Positions 1 through 8,496 of a stretch of 26,417 nt of DNA are shown in pieces. Made by a program: the position numbers and the translations under genes. Source of the stretch: Candidatus Methylomirabilia bacterium (GTDB lineage: Bacteria > Methylomirabilota > Methylomirabilia > Rokubacteriales > CSP1-6); assembly GCA_041497895.1 (NCBI GenBank), contig JBGQHJ010000061.1:1-26417 (forward strand), given 5' to 3'. Position 1 is the first letter of the stretch. Each line of letters starts with the position of its first letter. The notes beneath the pieces are model-generated. The model saw only the letters and a program-made list of their open reading frames with translations. It ran no database searches and was not told the DNA's origin.

Positions 1-58
1 GACCATCAACCCCTGCTCGCCGAACTCCCCTATGCCCTGCCGCGGCGCCGCTTCCAGG

Positions 59-132
59 AGTGACCGGAAGGTATTGACCCTTGCCCCTCCTCCACGCGTT
101 CAGTGACCGGGAGGTACTGACACCTGGCCCCT
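59..132. repeat. Two degenerate ~30-bp direct repeats, period 43 bp
   Basis: AGTGACCGGAAGGTATTGAC-CCTTGCCCCT (59-88) vs AGTGACCGGGAGGTACTGACACCTGGCCCCT (102-132); intergenic, downstream of the HD-GYP gene. Confidence 0.8.
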
Positions 133-137
133 GACCC

Positions 138-1127
138 CTATGCGTAGTGGCGGAGGATCTCGAGGAACGTCTCGACGACCTTGGGGTCCCAGTAGCCGGC
201 GTCGGTCTCGCGAATCAGTAGGGACACCGCGTCGGAGCGCGACAGCGCCGCCTTGTAGGGCCGCTCGGTGTGGAGCGCGTCGAAGACGTCGACCACCGAG
301 ATGATGCGCGCGCCGAGCGGGATCGCCTCGCCCTTGAGCCCGTCGGGATAGCCCGAGCCATCCCACTTCTCGTGATGGTGCCGCATGATCGGGCGCACCA
401 GCTCCATGCTGCGCAGCCCCAGCACCAGGTCGGAGCCCGCGCCCGGGTGCGCGCGGATGCGCTCCTGCTCGATGGGATCGAGCGGACCCGGCTTGAGCAG
501 GATGCCGTCGGGCACCGCGATCTTGCCGAGGTCGTGCAGGTAACCGCCGAGCCGGAGGGCCCGGATCATCTCGTGGTCGAGGCCGAGCGCCTCGCCGACG
601 GCCACCGCGTAGCGCGAGAGCCGGTCGCAGTGGCCGAGGGTGTAGGGATCGCGCGCCTCGATGGTGAGCGCCAGGGTGGTGATGACCGCCTCGGCCCGCT
701 CGAGCTGGCCGAGCAGTAGCTTCACGCGCAGGAGCGCGGCGAGCCGCGTGCGCAGCTCGACGAACTCCACCGGCTTGGTGAAGAAGTCGTCCGCGCCCGC
801 GGCGAGCCCGGCCACCCGCGCCTCCAGGTCGCCCACCGCGGTCAGGATGACCACCGGCATCAGCTCGTAGCGCGGGTCGGCCTTGAGCCGCGCGCAGAGC
901 TCGAGGCCGCTCATCGCGCCCAGGTGCACGTCGGTGAGCACCAGGTCCGGGCTCACCACGTTGAGGGTGTCGAGCGCCTGCTCGGCGGAGGCGGCCAGCA
1001 GCAGGCGGTAGCCGAGCGCGCCCAGCAGACCCGAGAGGACCTCGCGGATGTGCGGCTCGTCCTCGACCACCAGGATGGTCGGCCGCTCCGAGATCGCACC
1101 CGGCGAGAGATCGAGGCTATCGTTCAT
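138..1127 (-). CDS. Response regulator with REC + HD-GYP domain (RpfG-like cyclic di-nucleotide phosphodiesterase)
   Basis: REC motifs ILVVEDE, VLTDV (phospho-Asp), FTKP; HD-GYP motifs HDLGK, HHEKWDGSGYP, DVFDAL..RPYK. Start re-called at ATG 1127 (MNDSL), overlapping the upstream stop. Confidence 0.93.
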   Translation of the reverse strand: MNDSLDLSPGAISERPTILVVEDEPHIREVLSGLLGALGYRLLLAASAEQALDTLNVVSPDLVLTDVHLGAMSGLELCARLKADPRYELMPVVILTAVGDLEARVAGLAAGADDFFTKPVEFVELRTRLAALLRVKLLLGQLERAEAVITTLALTIEARDPYTLGHCDRLSRYAVAVGEALGLDHEMIRALRLGGYLHDLGKIAVPDGILLKPGPLDPIEQERIRAHPGAGSDLVLGLRSMELVRPIMRHHHEKWDGSGYPDGLKGEAIPLGARIISVVDVFDALHTERPYKAALSRSDAVSLLIRETDAGYWDPKVVETFLEILRHYA

Positions 1128-1911
1128 CGATCGCCCGCTCCATCCACGCCAGCACGTCCTTGAAGGGCTGCTCCCAGCCGTCCTCGAGCATGAGCATGTG
1201 GCCGTGCCCGGCCGCCTCCTGGTACTCCGACCCGTAGCGCCGGGCGATGCGGCGCTGGAGCGCGGCCGGGGTGATGCGATCGTCCTCCGCGCCGACCACG
1301 AGGGTCGGGCACCGCACCGCGGCCGGGTCCACCGGGATGCCACCGAGCGCCAGCTCGCGCGTGGCCCGGCCGGACTCCGCGCCGAAGCGCGGGAAGGCCC
1401 AGTCGCGCTGCGCGGGCGTGAGCCGGTTCAGGCACAGGAAGTCGGCGTGCGCGCGATTCACCGTGAAGGGGCGCCCGGTCAGGATCGCGGGCAGGTATCG
1501 CGTCGCGCGCGCGAGCACCGGCCACTCGAGGCTCAGGACCCCGCGCGGCGGGGCGCTGGTCATGAACACCGCCGCCGCGATCCCCCCGCCCTCGGCCGTC
1601 TTCTGGGCGATCAGCCCGCCCATGGAGTGGCCGACCAGCACCGCCTCCCCGAGCCGCTCGAGGCAGCGCCTCACGTCGTCGACGTAGTCGACGAAGGAGA
1701 CGGCGCCGAGCCCGCCCGCGGCCGGGCTCTCCCCGTGGCCGCGCAGGTTGACCGCCCACGCGTCCCAGCCGGACTGGGCCGCCGCGTAGAGGTAGTTGCG
1801 CAGGTACCAGCTCCCGCCCCACATGCCGTGCACGAAGAGGACAGACCGGGAGTGGGCCCGTCCGGCGGGGGCGGCGTGCTCCAGGACCAGGTCGCCGATG
1901 CGCTCGCTCAA
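1117..1911 (-). CDS. Alpha/beta fold hydrolase
   Basis: FVHGMWG, NLRGHGES, nucleophile elbow GHSMGG, Asp in AEDDRIT, His in GHGHML; TTG start. Confidence 0.88.
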   Translation of the reverse strand: MSERIGDLVLEHAAPAGRAHSRSVLFVHGMWGGSWYLRNYLYAAAQSGWDAWAVNLRGHGESPAAGGLGAVSFVDYVDDVRRCLERLGEAVLVGHSMGGLIAQKTAEGGGIAAAVFMTSAPPRGVLSLEWPVLARATRYLPAILTGRPFTVNRAHADFLCLNRLTPAQRDWAFPRFGAESGRATRELALGGIPVDPAAVRCPTLVVGAEDDRITPAALQRRIARRYGSEYQEAAGHGHMLMLEDGWEQPFKDVLAWMERAIDER

Positions 1912-1922
1912 CGTTCTGTCGT

Positions 1923-1950
1923 CCCGGGTGGGGTCCGCCCGGGTATCTTA
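1923..1950 (-). promoter_or_regulatory. Candidate -10 box (TAAGAT, 1950-1945) followed by a leader hairpin (1943-1923)
   Basis: AT-rich hexamer in a GC-rich intergenic gap; CCCGGG..CCCGGG inverted repeat. TTGACC at 1982-1977 is 26 bp away, too far to be its -35. Confidence 0.35.
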
Positions 1951-2000
1951 CGCCAACCGGGCCACCTGCGGGCGCTGGTCAAGGGAGCGGGCGGGAGGGG

Positions 2001-3146
2001 TCAGACCGCGGCGTTGAGGCGGACGGTCTCGACCACCAGGCCGGCGGTGAGCACCAGGTCGCGCACGTCGACCCACTCGTTGACGGTGTGGATCTCGCGC
2101 ATGCCGCAGGCGAGATTGGCGACCTCGAGCCCGCGCTCCGCGAAGACGTTGGCGTCGGAGCCGCCCCCGGTGGCGCGCGTGCGGCAGCTGCGCCCGGTCG
2201 CGGCGGCGGCGGCCTGCACGAGGCGCACGATTGAGGCGTCGTCCCGGATGTCGAGCCGCGAGTACTGGCGGTCGACCTGGGCCTCGACGTGGGCCTGGTA
2301 GCTCCGGTCGCCCACCCGCACCGAGTGGCGGCGGACCGCCTCGTCGAAGCAGCTCCGCATGTGCAGGGTCTGGGCCTCGAGCTTTTCCAGGCTCAGGCTC
2401 CGCGTCTCGCCGCGCACCGTCGCCAGCGCGGGCACGATGTTGGTGGCGAGCCCGCCCTGGATGATGCCGAGGTTCGCGGTGGTCTCCGGGTCGAGCCGCC
2501 CGAGCTTCATCGCCGCGATCGCCTCCGCCGCGATCTGGATCGCGCTCATCCCCTGCTCCGGGCAGATGCCGGCGTGGGCGGGCAGGCCGTGCACCGTGAA
2601 CGTCATGCGGTTGGCCGCGGGAGCGCGCGTGATCAGCTCGCAGACGCCGTCCACGTCGAGGACGAGCCCGCGTCGCGCCCGGAGCCGGCCGGTGTCGAAG
2701 TGCTTGGCCCCGAGCAGACCGTACTCCTCGCAGATGGTCAGCACCACCTCGATGTCGCCGTGGGGGACGGCCCGCTCCCGCAGCACGCGGATCGCCTCGA
2801 GGATGGCGACCACGCCCGCCTTGTCGTCGCCGCCCAGCACGCTGGTGCCGTCGGTGCGCACCACGTCGCCCTCGACCACCGGGTGGATCTTCTCGGCCGG
2901 GCCCACCGTGTCCATGTGGCCGGAGAGCAGGAACGGCGGCGCGCCCGGAGCATTGCCGGGGAACCGCGCGAGGAGGTTGCCGGTGTTGCCCTCGATCTTC
3001 TCGCCCGCGCCGTCGACCTCGACGCTGGCGCCCATCCCCTTGAGGATGGCCTCGAGGCGCCGGGCGACGGTGCCCTCGCGCCGGGACGGGCTCGAGATCG
3101 ACGCGAGCTCGATGAACTCTTCCTTCAGCCGTGCCGCGTTGATCAT
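2001..3146 (-). CDS. M20/M25/M40 metallopeptidase, peptidase T-like (M20B) protein
   Basis: SGHMDTV, LGGDDKAG, CEEYGL, AHAG..PE.G.SAI, GGGSDAN, IHTVNE metal-binding motifs. Confidence 0.9.
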   Translation of the reverse strand: MINAARLKEEFIELASISSPSRREGTVARRLEAILKGMGASVEVDGAGEKIEGNTGNLLARFPGNAPGAPPFLLSGHMDTVGPAEKIHPVVEGDVVRTDGTSVLGGDDKAGVVAILEAIRVLRERAVPHGDIEVVLTICEEYGLLGAKHFDTGRLRARRGLVLDVDGVCELITRAPAANRMTFTVHGLPAHAGICPEQGMSAIQIAAEAIAAMKLGRLDPETTANLGIIQGGLATNIVPALATVRGETRSLSLEKLEAQTLHMRSCFDEAVRRHSVRVGDRSYQAHVEAQVDRQYSRLDIRDDASIVRLVQAAAAATGRSCRTRATGGGSDANVFAERGLEVANLACGMREIHTVNEWVDVRDLVLTAGLVVETVRLNAAV

Positions 3147-3880
3147 GGGGACGTCCTCTGGGGGGCGAGATGGTGGCGCAGCCAGCGCCGGCTCTGCTCG
3201 AGGGCCTCGCGGCGATGGTCCGGATCGGTCAGGCGGTGGTCGCCGCCGGCGATGACGTGCCGGGCGCGGGGCTCGGCGGCGCGCTCGAAGAGCCGGCGCC
3301 CGTGCGCGGGCGGCACCACCTCGTCGCGGTCGGCCTGGATCACGAGCACGCGGGCGACACCGGCGGGCGCCTCGGCCCGCTCTCCGCGGAGCACCTCGGC
3401 GACGAGGGCCCGTCCCGCCTGCTCCGGGTCGGCGCCGGGCAGCTCGCGCAGCGAGGCGGGCGCGTTCCAGGTCACGACCGGCAGCGGGGCGCCGCCCGCG
3501 CGCGCCGCCGCGACCCAGAGCGCGACGAAGCCGCCGAGGCTCGAGCCGAGCAGGCCGAAGCGGCCGTCCAGCTCGGGCCGCTTGGCGAGGTGGTCGAGCA
3601 CGCCCTCGAGGTCGGCCACGCGCGTCTCGATGGTGGCGTCCTCGTGCCGTCCGCCGGACTCGCCGCTGCCCCGGAAGTCGAAGCGGGCGAGAGCCAGGCC
3701 CGCCGCGGGCAGCTCACGGCCGAGGAGGAGGTACTTGTCGCTGTCCTTGGAGGCGCCCATGCCGTGACAGGCCACCACGCAGGGCCAGGGGCCCGGTCCC
3801 CCATCCGGCCGATCGGGGAGGTGCAGCACCCCGACCACGTCGGCGGCGCCGACGGTGACGCGAAAGCGCGGCTCGCTCAC
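3143..3880 (-). CDS. Alpha/beta hydrolase (esterase/S9-like)
   Basis: CHGMG, FDFRGSGES, GSSLGG, DEVVP, GGDH catalytic triad motifs. Start re-called at GTG 3880 (VSEPRF), GTGA overlap with the tatD stop. Confidence 0.85.
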   Translation of the reverse strand: MSEPRFRVTVGAADVVGVLHLPDRPDGGPGPWPCVVACHGMGASKDSDKYLLLGRELPAAGLALARFDFRGSGESGGRHEDATIETRVADLEGVLDHLAKRPELDGRFGLLGSSLGGFVALWVAAARAGGAPLPVVTWNAPASLRELPGADPEQAGRALVAEVLRGERAEAPAGVARVLVIQADRDEVVPPAHGRRLFERAAEPRARHVIAGGDHRLTDPDHRREALEQSRRWLRHHLAPQRTSP

Positions 3881-4659
3881 GCCCAGACGAGGTCGAAGAG
3901 ACGACAGGTATTGACGGTGAGCTGGTACGTCGCCTCGTCCGCCGGCAGCCCCTTGATCTTGGCCACCTCCTCGGCCACCCGCGCGACGAGCCACGGGCCC
4001 GAGGTGACGTTCTCGAACTCACCCTGGTACGGCCAGGGCGCGTCGCTCTCAACCAGCAGGGACTCGATCGGCACCGTCTCGACCATCTCCCGGTCGCGCG
4101 CGCGGTAGACCACGTCCGGGGTGACCGAGATCAGGTAGCCGGCGTCCACGATCTCGCGGGTCACCCGGGCGCTCGCCTTGTGCCAGTGAAAGACCGCGCG
4201 CTCGACGCTCCTCCGCTTGAGCGCGGCCAGGGCGTCGGCCGCCGCGCCGTGGGGCGCGTGCAGGATGACCGGCAGGTCGTAGCGGCAGGCCAGCTCGATC
4301 AGGCGATCGAGGCGCTCGCGAGCCTGGCGGCGAACCTGCTCGGCATCGTCCACCGCTCCGAGGCCGTACCACGGGAGCCCGACCTCGCCGATCGCGACCA
4401 GGCGCGCGTGGTGCGCGTGAATCTGGCCCTCGACCGCCTCCAGGTCTTCCGCGGTGAGCTTCCACTCCGGGTGGAACCCGAGCGCGGGCCAGACCCCCTT
4501 GCCGTTGTCGCGGGCCGCCTCGAGCGTGCGCTCGTTGGTCGCCGCGTCGCAGCCGACCGCCACCACGCCCCACACGTCGTGCTCGGTGGCGCGGATGACC
4601 GTGCCCCGGACGTCCGCGAAGGCCGGGTCGTGCAGGTGGCAGTGACTGTCGATGATCAT
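3877..4659 (-). CDS. tatD: TatD family metal-dependent hydrolase/DNase
   Basis: DSHCH, GFHP, IGEVGL, PVILH, VFHW, LVESDAP motifs. Confidence 0.9.
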   Translation of the reverse strand: MIIDSHCHLHDPAFADVRGTVIRATEHDVWGVVAVGCDAATNERTLEAARDNGKGVWPALGFHPEWKLTAEDLEAVEGQIHAHHARLVAIGEVGLPWYGLGAVDDAEQVRRQARERLDRLIELACRYDLPVILHAPHGAAADALAALKRRSVERAVFHWHKASARVTREIVDAGYLISVTPDVVYRARDREMVETVPIESLLVESDAPWPYQGEFENVTSGPWLVARVAEEVAKIKGLPADEATYQLTVNTCRLFDLVWA

Positions 4660-4675
4660 GCCGGGCCGCGTCTCC

Positions 4676-6010
4676 TTAGGATCCCGCGACCGTCATCCGG
4701 CCGATCAGGAGCGTCGGCGCGGAGGTGCGGTCGCGGAACACGAGGTCGTTCCCCACTCCCTCGACCGCGTGCAGCATGTCGAGCAGGTTGCCGGCCACCG
4801 TGATCTCCTCCACCGGGTAGGCCAGCTCGCCGTTCTCGATCCACATCCCCACCGCGCCTCGCGAGTAGTCGCCGGTGACCCCGTTGACGCCGAAGCCGAT
4901 GAGCTCGGTGACGTAGAGGCCGTTCTTCACGCTCCGGATCAGGTCGCCGGGATCGCGGTCGCCCGCGGCCAGGTACAGGTTCGTGGTCGACACGCTCACC
5001 CCGCTACCGTCGCGCGCTCCGTGGTGCGTGGAGGGCAGCCCGAGCTTGCGCCCGCTGTAGGTGTCGAGCAGGTAGGAGCGCAGCACCCCCTGGTCCACCA
5101 CCACGGTGCGGCCCACCGGGAGCCCCTCGCCGTCGAAGGGCCGCGAGCCGAGCGCGCCGGGGATGGTGCCGTCGTCGACGATGGTGATCGAGGGCGAGGC
5201 GATGCGCTCGCCGAGCTTGCCCACCAGGAACGAGGCGCGGCGGTAGAGCGCGGGGCCCGAGGCCGCCCCCGCGATGTGCCGCACCAGCGAGGCCGCCATC
5301 TCCGGGTCGAAGACGACCGGCACCTTGGCGGTCTTCACCCGGCGGGCGCCGAGTCGCTGCACCGCGCGCCGTGCCGCGATGCGGCCGATCTCCTCGGGGT
5401 CGTCCAGGCGTGCGCGCCGGCGGGTCACGTGGTACCAGGAGTCGCGCTGCATCTCGCCGTCGCGGGTGGCCACCGGGGACACCGCGAGGCTGAACGACGA
5501 CGTCTGGTACTCGCCGGAGAAGCCGTGGCTCGTGGCGTAGGCGTAGCGGGCGCGCCGGTCCCCGAAGTCGCCGCCCTCGGAGTTGGTGATGCGCGGGTCG
5601 GCCGCGAGCGCGGCCGCCTCGCAGCGACGGGCCAGCTCGATCTTCTCCTCGGGCGGCAGGTCGTGGCCGTGGGGATCGCGCAGGTCGAGATCTGGGATCT
5701 GGCGCGCGAGCAGCTCGGCGTCCGGGAGCCCGGACAGCTCGTCCGGGCTGGTGACCCGGGCGAGCGAGACCGCCTCGTCGACCAGCCGGGTCATGGCCTC
5801 CCGCGAGAGATCGGAGGTCGAGGCGGCCGCCACCGATTTGCCGACGAACACGCGCAGGGCCATGTGCTGCTCGCGCGCGTGCTTGACCGTGTCCACCTGG
5901 CCCAGGCGCACCTGGGCCGAGAACGACTGGTCCTCCACCACGAAGGCGTCCGCGGCCGTCGCGCCCTTCCGGGTGGCCTGCTTCAGGAGATCGGCGAGGA
6001 GATCCTGCAT
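4676..6010 (-). CDS. pmbA: TldE/PmbA, non-catalytic partner of the TldD protease
   Basis: SRPFDGEG, GVNGVTGDYSRGA.G, YPVEEITVAGNL motifs; no HExxxH; directly downstream of tldD. Confidence 0.93.
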   Translation of the reverse strand: MQDLLADLLKQATRKGATAADAFVVEDQSFSAQVRLGQVDTVKHAREQHMALRVFVGKSVAAASTSDLSREAMTRLVDEAVSLARVTSPDELSGLPDAELLARQIPDLDLRDPHGHDLPPEEKIELARRCEAAALAADPRITNSEGGDFGDRRARYAYATSHGFSGEYQTSSFSLAVSPVATRDGEMQRDSWYHVTRRRARLDDPEEIGRIAARRAVQRLGARRVKTAKVPVVFDPEMAASLVRHIAGAASGPALYRRASFLVGKLGERIASPSITIVDDGTIPGALGSRPFDGEGLPVGRTVVVDQGVLRSYLLDTYSGRKLGLPSTHHGARDGSGVSVSTTNLYLAAGDRDPGDLIRSVKNGLYVTELIGFGVNGVTGDYSRGAVGMWIENGELAYPVEEITVAGNLLDMLHAVEGVGNDLVFRDRTSAPTLLIGRMTVAGS

Positions 6011-6017
6011 GCCCCGC

Positions 6018-7454
6018 TCAGACCTGGGTCCCGCCGACCGTCATCCGGTCGATGCGGATGGTGGGCAGCCCCACGCCCACCGGCACCGACTGGCCGTCCT
6101 TGCCGCAGGTCCCCACGCCCTCGTCGAGCTTCAGATCGTGGCCGACCCGGCTCACCCGGGTGAGCGCCTCGGGGCCGTTGCCGATCAGGGTGGCCCCCTT
6201 CACCGGCCTGGTCACGCGGCCGTCCTCGATCAGGTAGGCCTCGCTCGCCGAGAACACGAAGCGGCCGCTGGTGATGTCGACCTGGCCGCCGCCGAAGTTC
6301 ACCGCGTAGAGGCCCTTGGGCACGCTCCGGATGATGTCGGCCGGCTCGTCCTGCCCGGCCAGCATGAAGGTGTTGGTCATGCGCGGCATCGGCGGGTGCG
6401 CGTACGATTCGCGTCGGCCGTTGCCGGTGACCTCCATGCCCATGAGCCGCGAGTTGAGCCGGTCCTGCATGTAGGCGCGCAGGACACCCTTCTCGATGAG
6501 GACGTTGCGGCGGGTGGGCACACCCTCGTCGTCGACGTTGAGCGAGCCGCGCCGGTTGGCGATGGTGCCGTCGTCGACCACCGTCACCAGCTCAGAGGCG
6601 ACCGGCTGCCCGAGCCGTCCCGAGAAGGCCGAGGTCTTCTTCCGGTTGAAGTCCCCCTCGAGCCCGTGGCCGACCGCCTCGTGGAGCAGGATGCCGGGCC
6701 AGCCCGGTCCCAGCACCACCGTCATGTCGCCGGCGGGCGCGTCCACCGCCCCGAGCTTCATCACCGCCTGCCGCACCGCCTCGGACGCGAAGCGCTGCCA
6801 TCGGTCGTCTTCCATGAAGAAATCGAGCGCCACGCGACCACCGCCGCCGTAGCTGCCGCTCTCCCGCTTCGCTCCGTCCTCGACGATCACCGTGATGTTG
6901 AGCCGGGTGAGCGGGCGGACGTCCCCCACCGTCCAGCCGGACGGGGTCGCGATCATGACCACCACGTCCTCGCTGCCGAGGGTCGCGATGACCTGTCGCA
7001 CCCGCGGGTCCAGCGCGCGCGCCGCCGCGTCCATGCGCCCGAGCAGCTTGAGCTTGCGCTCGAGGTCCGCCGCGATCGGCGGCTCGGCGAGGCTGTAGAG
7101 ATCGTGCGGGGGGCCGTCGGCGCCCACCGCGACCACCGCGGAGGTGGAAGCCCGGTCGGCGATGGCGCGGGCCTGGCGCGCCGCTTCCTCCAGATTGGGC
7201 AGGGCCAGGTCGTCGGTGTGCGCGTAGCCGGTGCGCTCGCCCGACTGGGCCCGGATCCCGGCCCCCTGGCTCACGTGGCGCGCCGCCTTCTTGACCGCGC
7301 CCTCCTCCAGCACCAGCTCCTCGCTGACGCGGTACTCGAGGTAGAGATCGGCGTGGTCGACGCGGCCGGCCAGGGTCGAGCCCAGCAGCCGCTCCATCGT
7401 CCCCGCGTTCAATCCGAAGCGATCGGCGAAAAAGCGCTCGGGGCGCGCTAGCAT
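6018..7454 (-). CDS. tldD: Metalloprotease TldD
   Basis: GWPGILLHEAVGHGLEGDFNRK, TGNGRRESY..PMPRMTNT, GTCGKDGQSVPVGVG; purine-rich RBS (AGGAGAGAGAG) before the ATG. Confidence 0.96.
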   Translation of the reverse strand: MLARPERFFADRFGLNAGTMERLLGSTLAGRVDHADLYLEYRVSEELVLEEGAVKKAARHVSQGAGIRAQSGERTGYAHTDDLALPNLEEAARQARAIADRASTSAVVAVGADGPPHDLYSLAEPPIAADLERKLKLLGRMDAAARALDPRVRQVIATLGSEDVVVMIATPSGWTVGDVRPLTRLNITVIVEDGAKRESGSYGGGGRVALDFFMEDDRWQRFASEAVRQAVMKLGAVDAPAGDMTVVLGPGWPGILLHEAVGHGLEGDFNRKKTSAFSGRLGQPVASELVTVVDDGTIANRRGSLNVDDEGVPTRRNVLIEKGVLRAYMQDRLNSRLMGMEVTGNGRRESYAHPPMPRMTNTFMLAGQDEPADIIRSVPKGLYAVNFGGGQVDITSGRFVFSASEAYLIEDGRVTRPVKGATLIGNGPEALTRVSRVGHDLKLDEGVGTCGKDGQSVPVGVGLPTIRIDRMTVGGTQV

Positions 7455-7487
7455 CTCTCTCTCCTGGCACTCTCTCGAAAGCGGTTC

Positions 7488-7496
7488 ATCCTAGCA
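7488..7496 (-). promoter_or_regulatory. Candidate extended -10 promoter (TGcTAGGAT) for tldD
   Basis: TGn + TAGGAT 33 bp upstream of the tldD ATG. Confidence 0.45.
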
Positions 7497-7612
7497 TCGG
7501 GCTCAGGCGGGGCCGGCATGTTTAGTGCGCGCGATCACATCACCCGCGTCGCTTTCGATTATCTCAGATATGTCCACGCTTTGCCGCGGCGGCACTGACA
7601 ATCACGTCGAGA

Positions 7613-8419
7613 TCAGTCGCGGCCGCCGAGAGCCTGCTGGACGAGCTCGTGCACCGCGCGGAGACCGGCGAGCAGCGCGGGCCCGGGACTGAGCAGTGTG
7701 GAGGCGTCCACCTCGTGCACGCGGCCCTCGCGCACCGCGCTGATCCGCTCCCAGCCGGGACGCCCACGGACCAGGTCGAGGTCGGCCGGCTTGCCGCACC
7801 AGGACACGAGGATGAGCTGCGGATCGCGCCGCGCCACCTCGGCCGGGTCCACCACCCGGTCCCGCGCGCCGCGGTGCTCGCGCAGCTCCGCGAACACGTC
7901 CCGGCCGCCGGCCAGCTCGATCAGCTCGGACACCCACCGGATGCCGGTGATCAGCGGGTCGTGCCACTCCTCGAAGTACACCCGCGGCCGGTCGGGCCAC
8001 ATGGTGGAGAACTCCCGCACCTGGTTGATCTCGTCGTGCATGTCGGCGACCACCGCGCGCGCCGCGGCCTCGGCGCCGACGAGGCCGCCCACCATCAGGA
8101 TGGACTGGAGGACCTCGTCCATCGAGCGGGGATTGGAGCAGAAGACCGGCCGGCCGGCCCGGATCAGCTCGGCCACGACGTCGGCCTGGAGGTCGGAGAA
8201 GGCCAGGATCAGATCGGGCTCGAGGGCCAGGATCCGATCGACCCGGAAGGTCGTGAAGCCGCCCACCTTCGGCTTGTCGCGGGCCTCCGGCGGGCGATGG
8301 GCGGTGCCGGGCATGCCGACCACCCGGTCCCCCGCCCCGAGCGCGTAGCAGATCTCGACGTGCTCGGCGCTCAGGCAGACGATGCGGCGGGGGAAGTCGA
8401 CCGGTGACTTGCCGTACAT
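7613..8419 (-). CDS. BtuF-like / helical-backbone (class III) solute-binding protein, no signal peptide
   Basis: PRRIVCL, LGAGDRVVG, ILALEPDLIL, RPRVYFEEW.DP, WVSELIELAGG, SWCGK, LSPGP. Start re-called at ATG 8419. Confidence 0.85.
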   Translation of the reverse strand: MYGKSPVDFPRRIVCLSAEHVEICYALGAGDRVVGMPGTAHRPPEARDKPKVGGFTTFRVDRILALEPDLILAFSDLQADVVAELIRAGRPVFCSNPRSMDEVLQSILMVGGLVGAEAAARAVVADMHDEINQVREFSTMWPDRPRVYFEEWHDPLITGIRWVSELIELAGGRDVFAELREHRGARDRVVDPAEVARRDPQLILVSWCGKPADLDLVRGRPGWERISAVREGRVHEVDASTLLSPGPALLAGLRAVHELVQQALGGRD

Positions 8420-8451
8420 CGATGCGCCTTTGGTCCCTCGCCCTCGGGCCC

Positions 8452-8491
8452 GCCCCCTCACCCTGCCCTCTCCCCGGATGGGAGAGGGGGA
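8452..8491 (+). repeat. REP-like palindromic repeat, copy 1
   Basis: GCCCCCTCACCCTGCCCTCTCCC-CGGAT-GGGAGAGGGGGA; 9-bp stem; first 19 nt identical to the copy at 17318. Confidence 0.85.
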
Positions 8492-8496
8492 TGAGG

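Noticed and set aside
59..132. Possible mini CRISPR array
   Set aside because: Only two degenerate units with a 13-bp spacer, and no cas genes
7464..7490. CIRCE (HrcA) operator or sigma54 -24 box at CTGGCACTC
   Set aside because: Only one CIRCE half-site with no partner at N9 spacing, and no TTGC at the -12 position
7540..7590. c-di-GMP-I riboswitch-like words (GGCAAA..GAAA..GACGC) on the minus strand
   Set aside because: Spacing and pairing do not fit the P1 hairpin, and the following AAAGC/P2 element is absent
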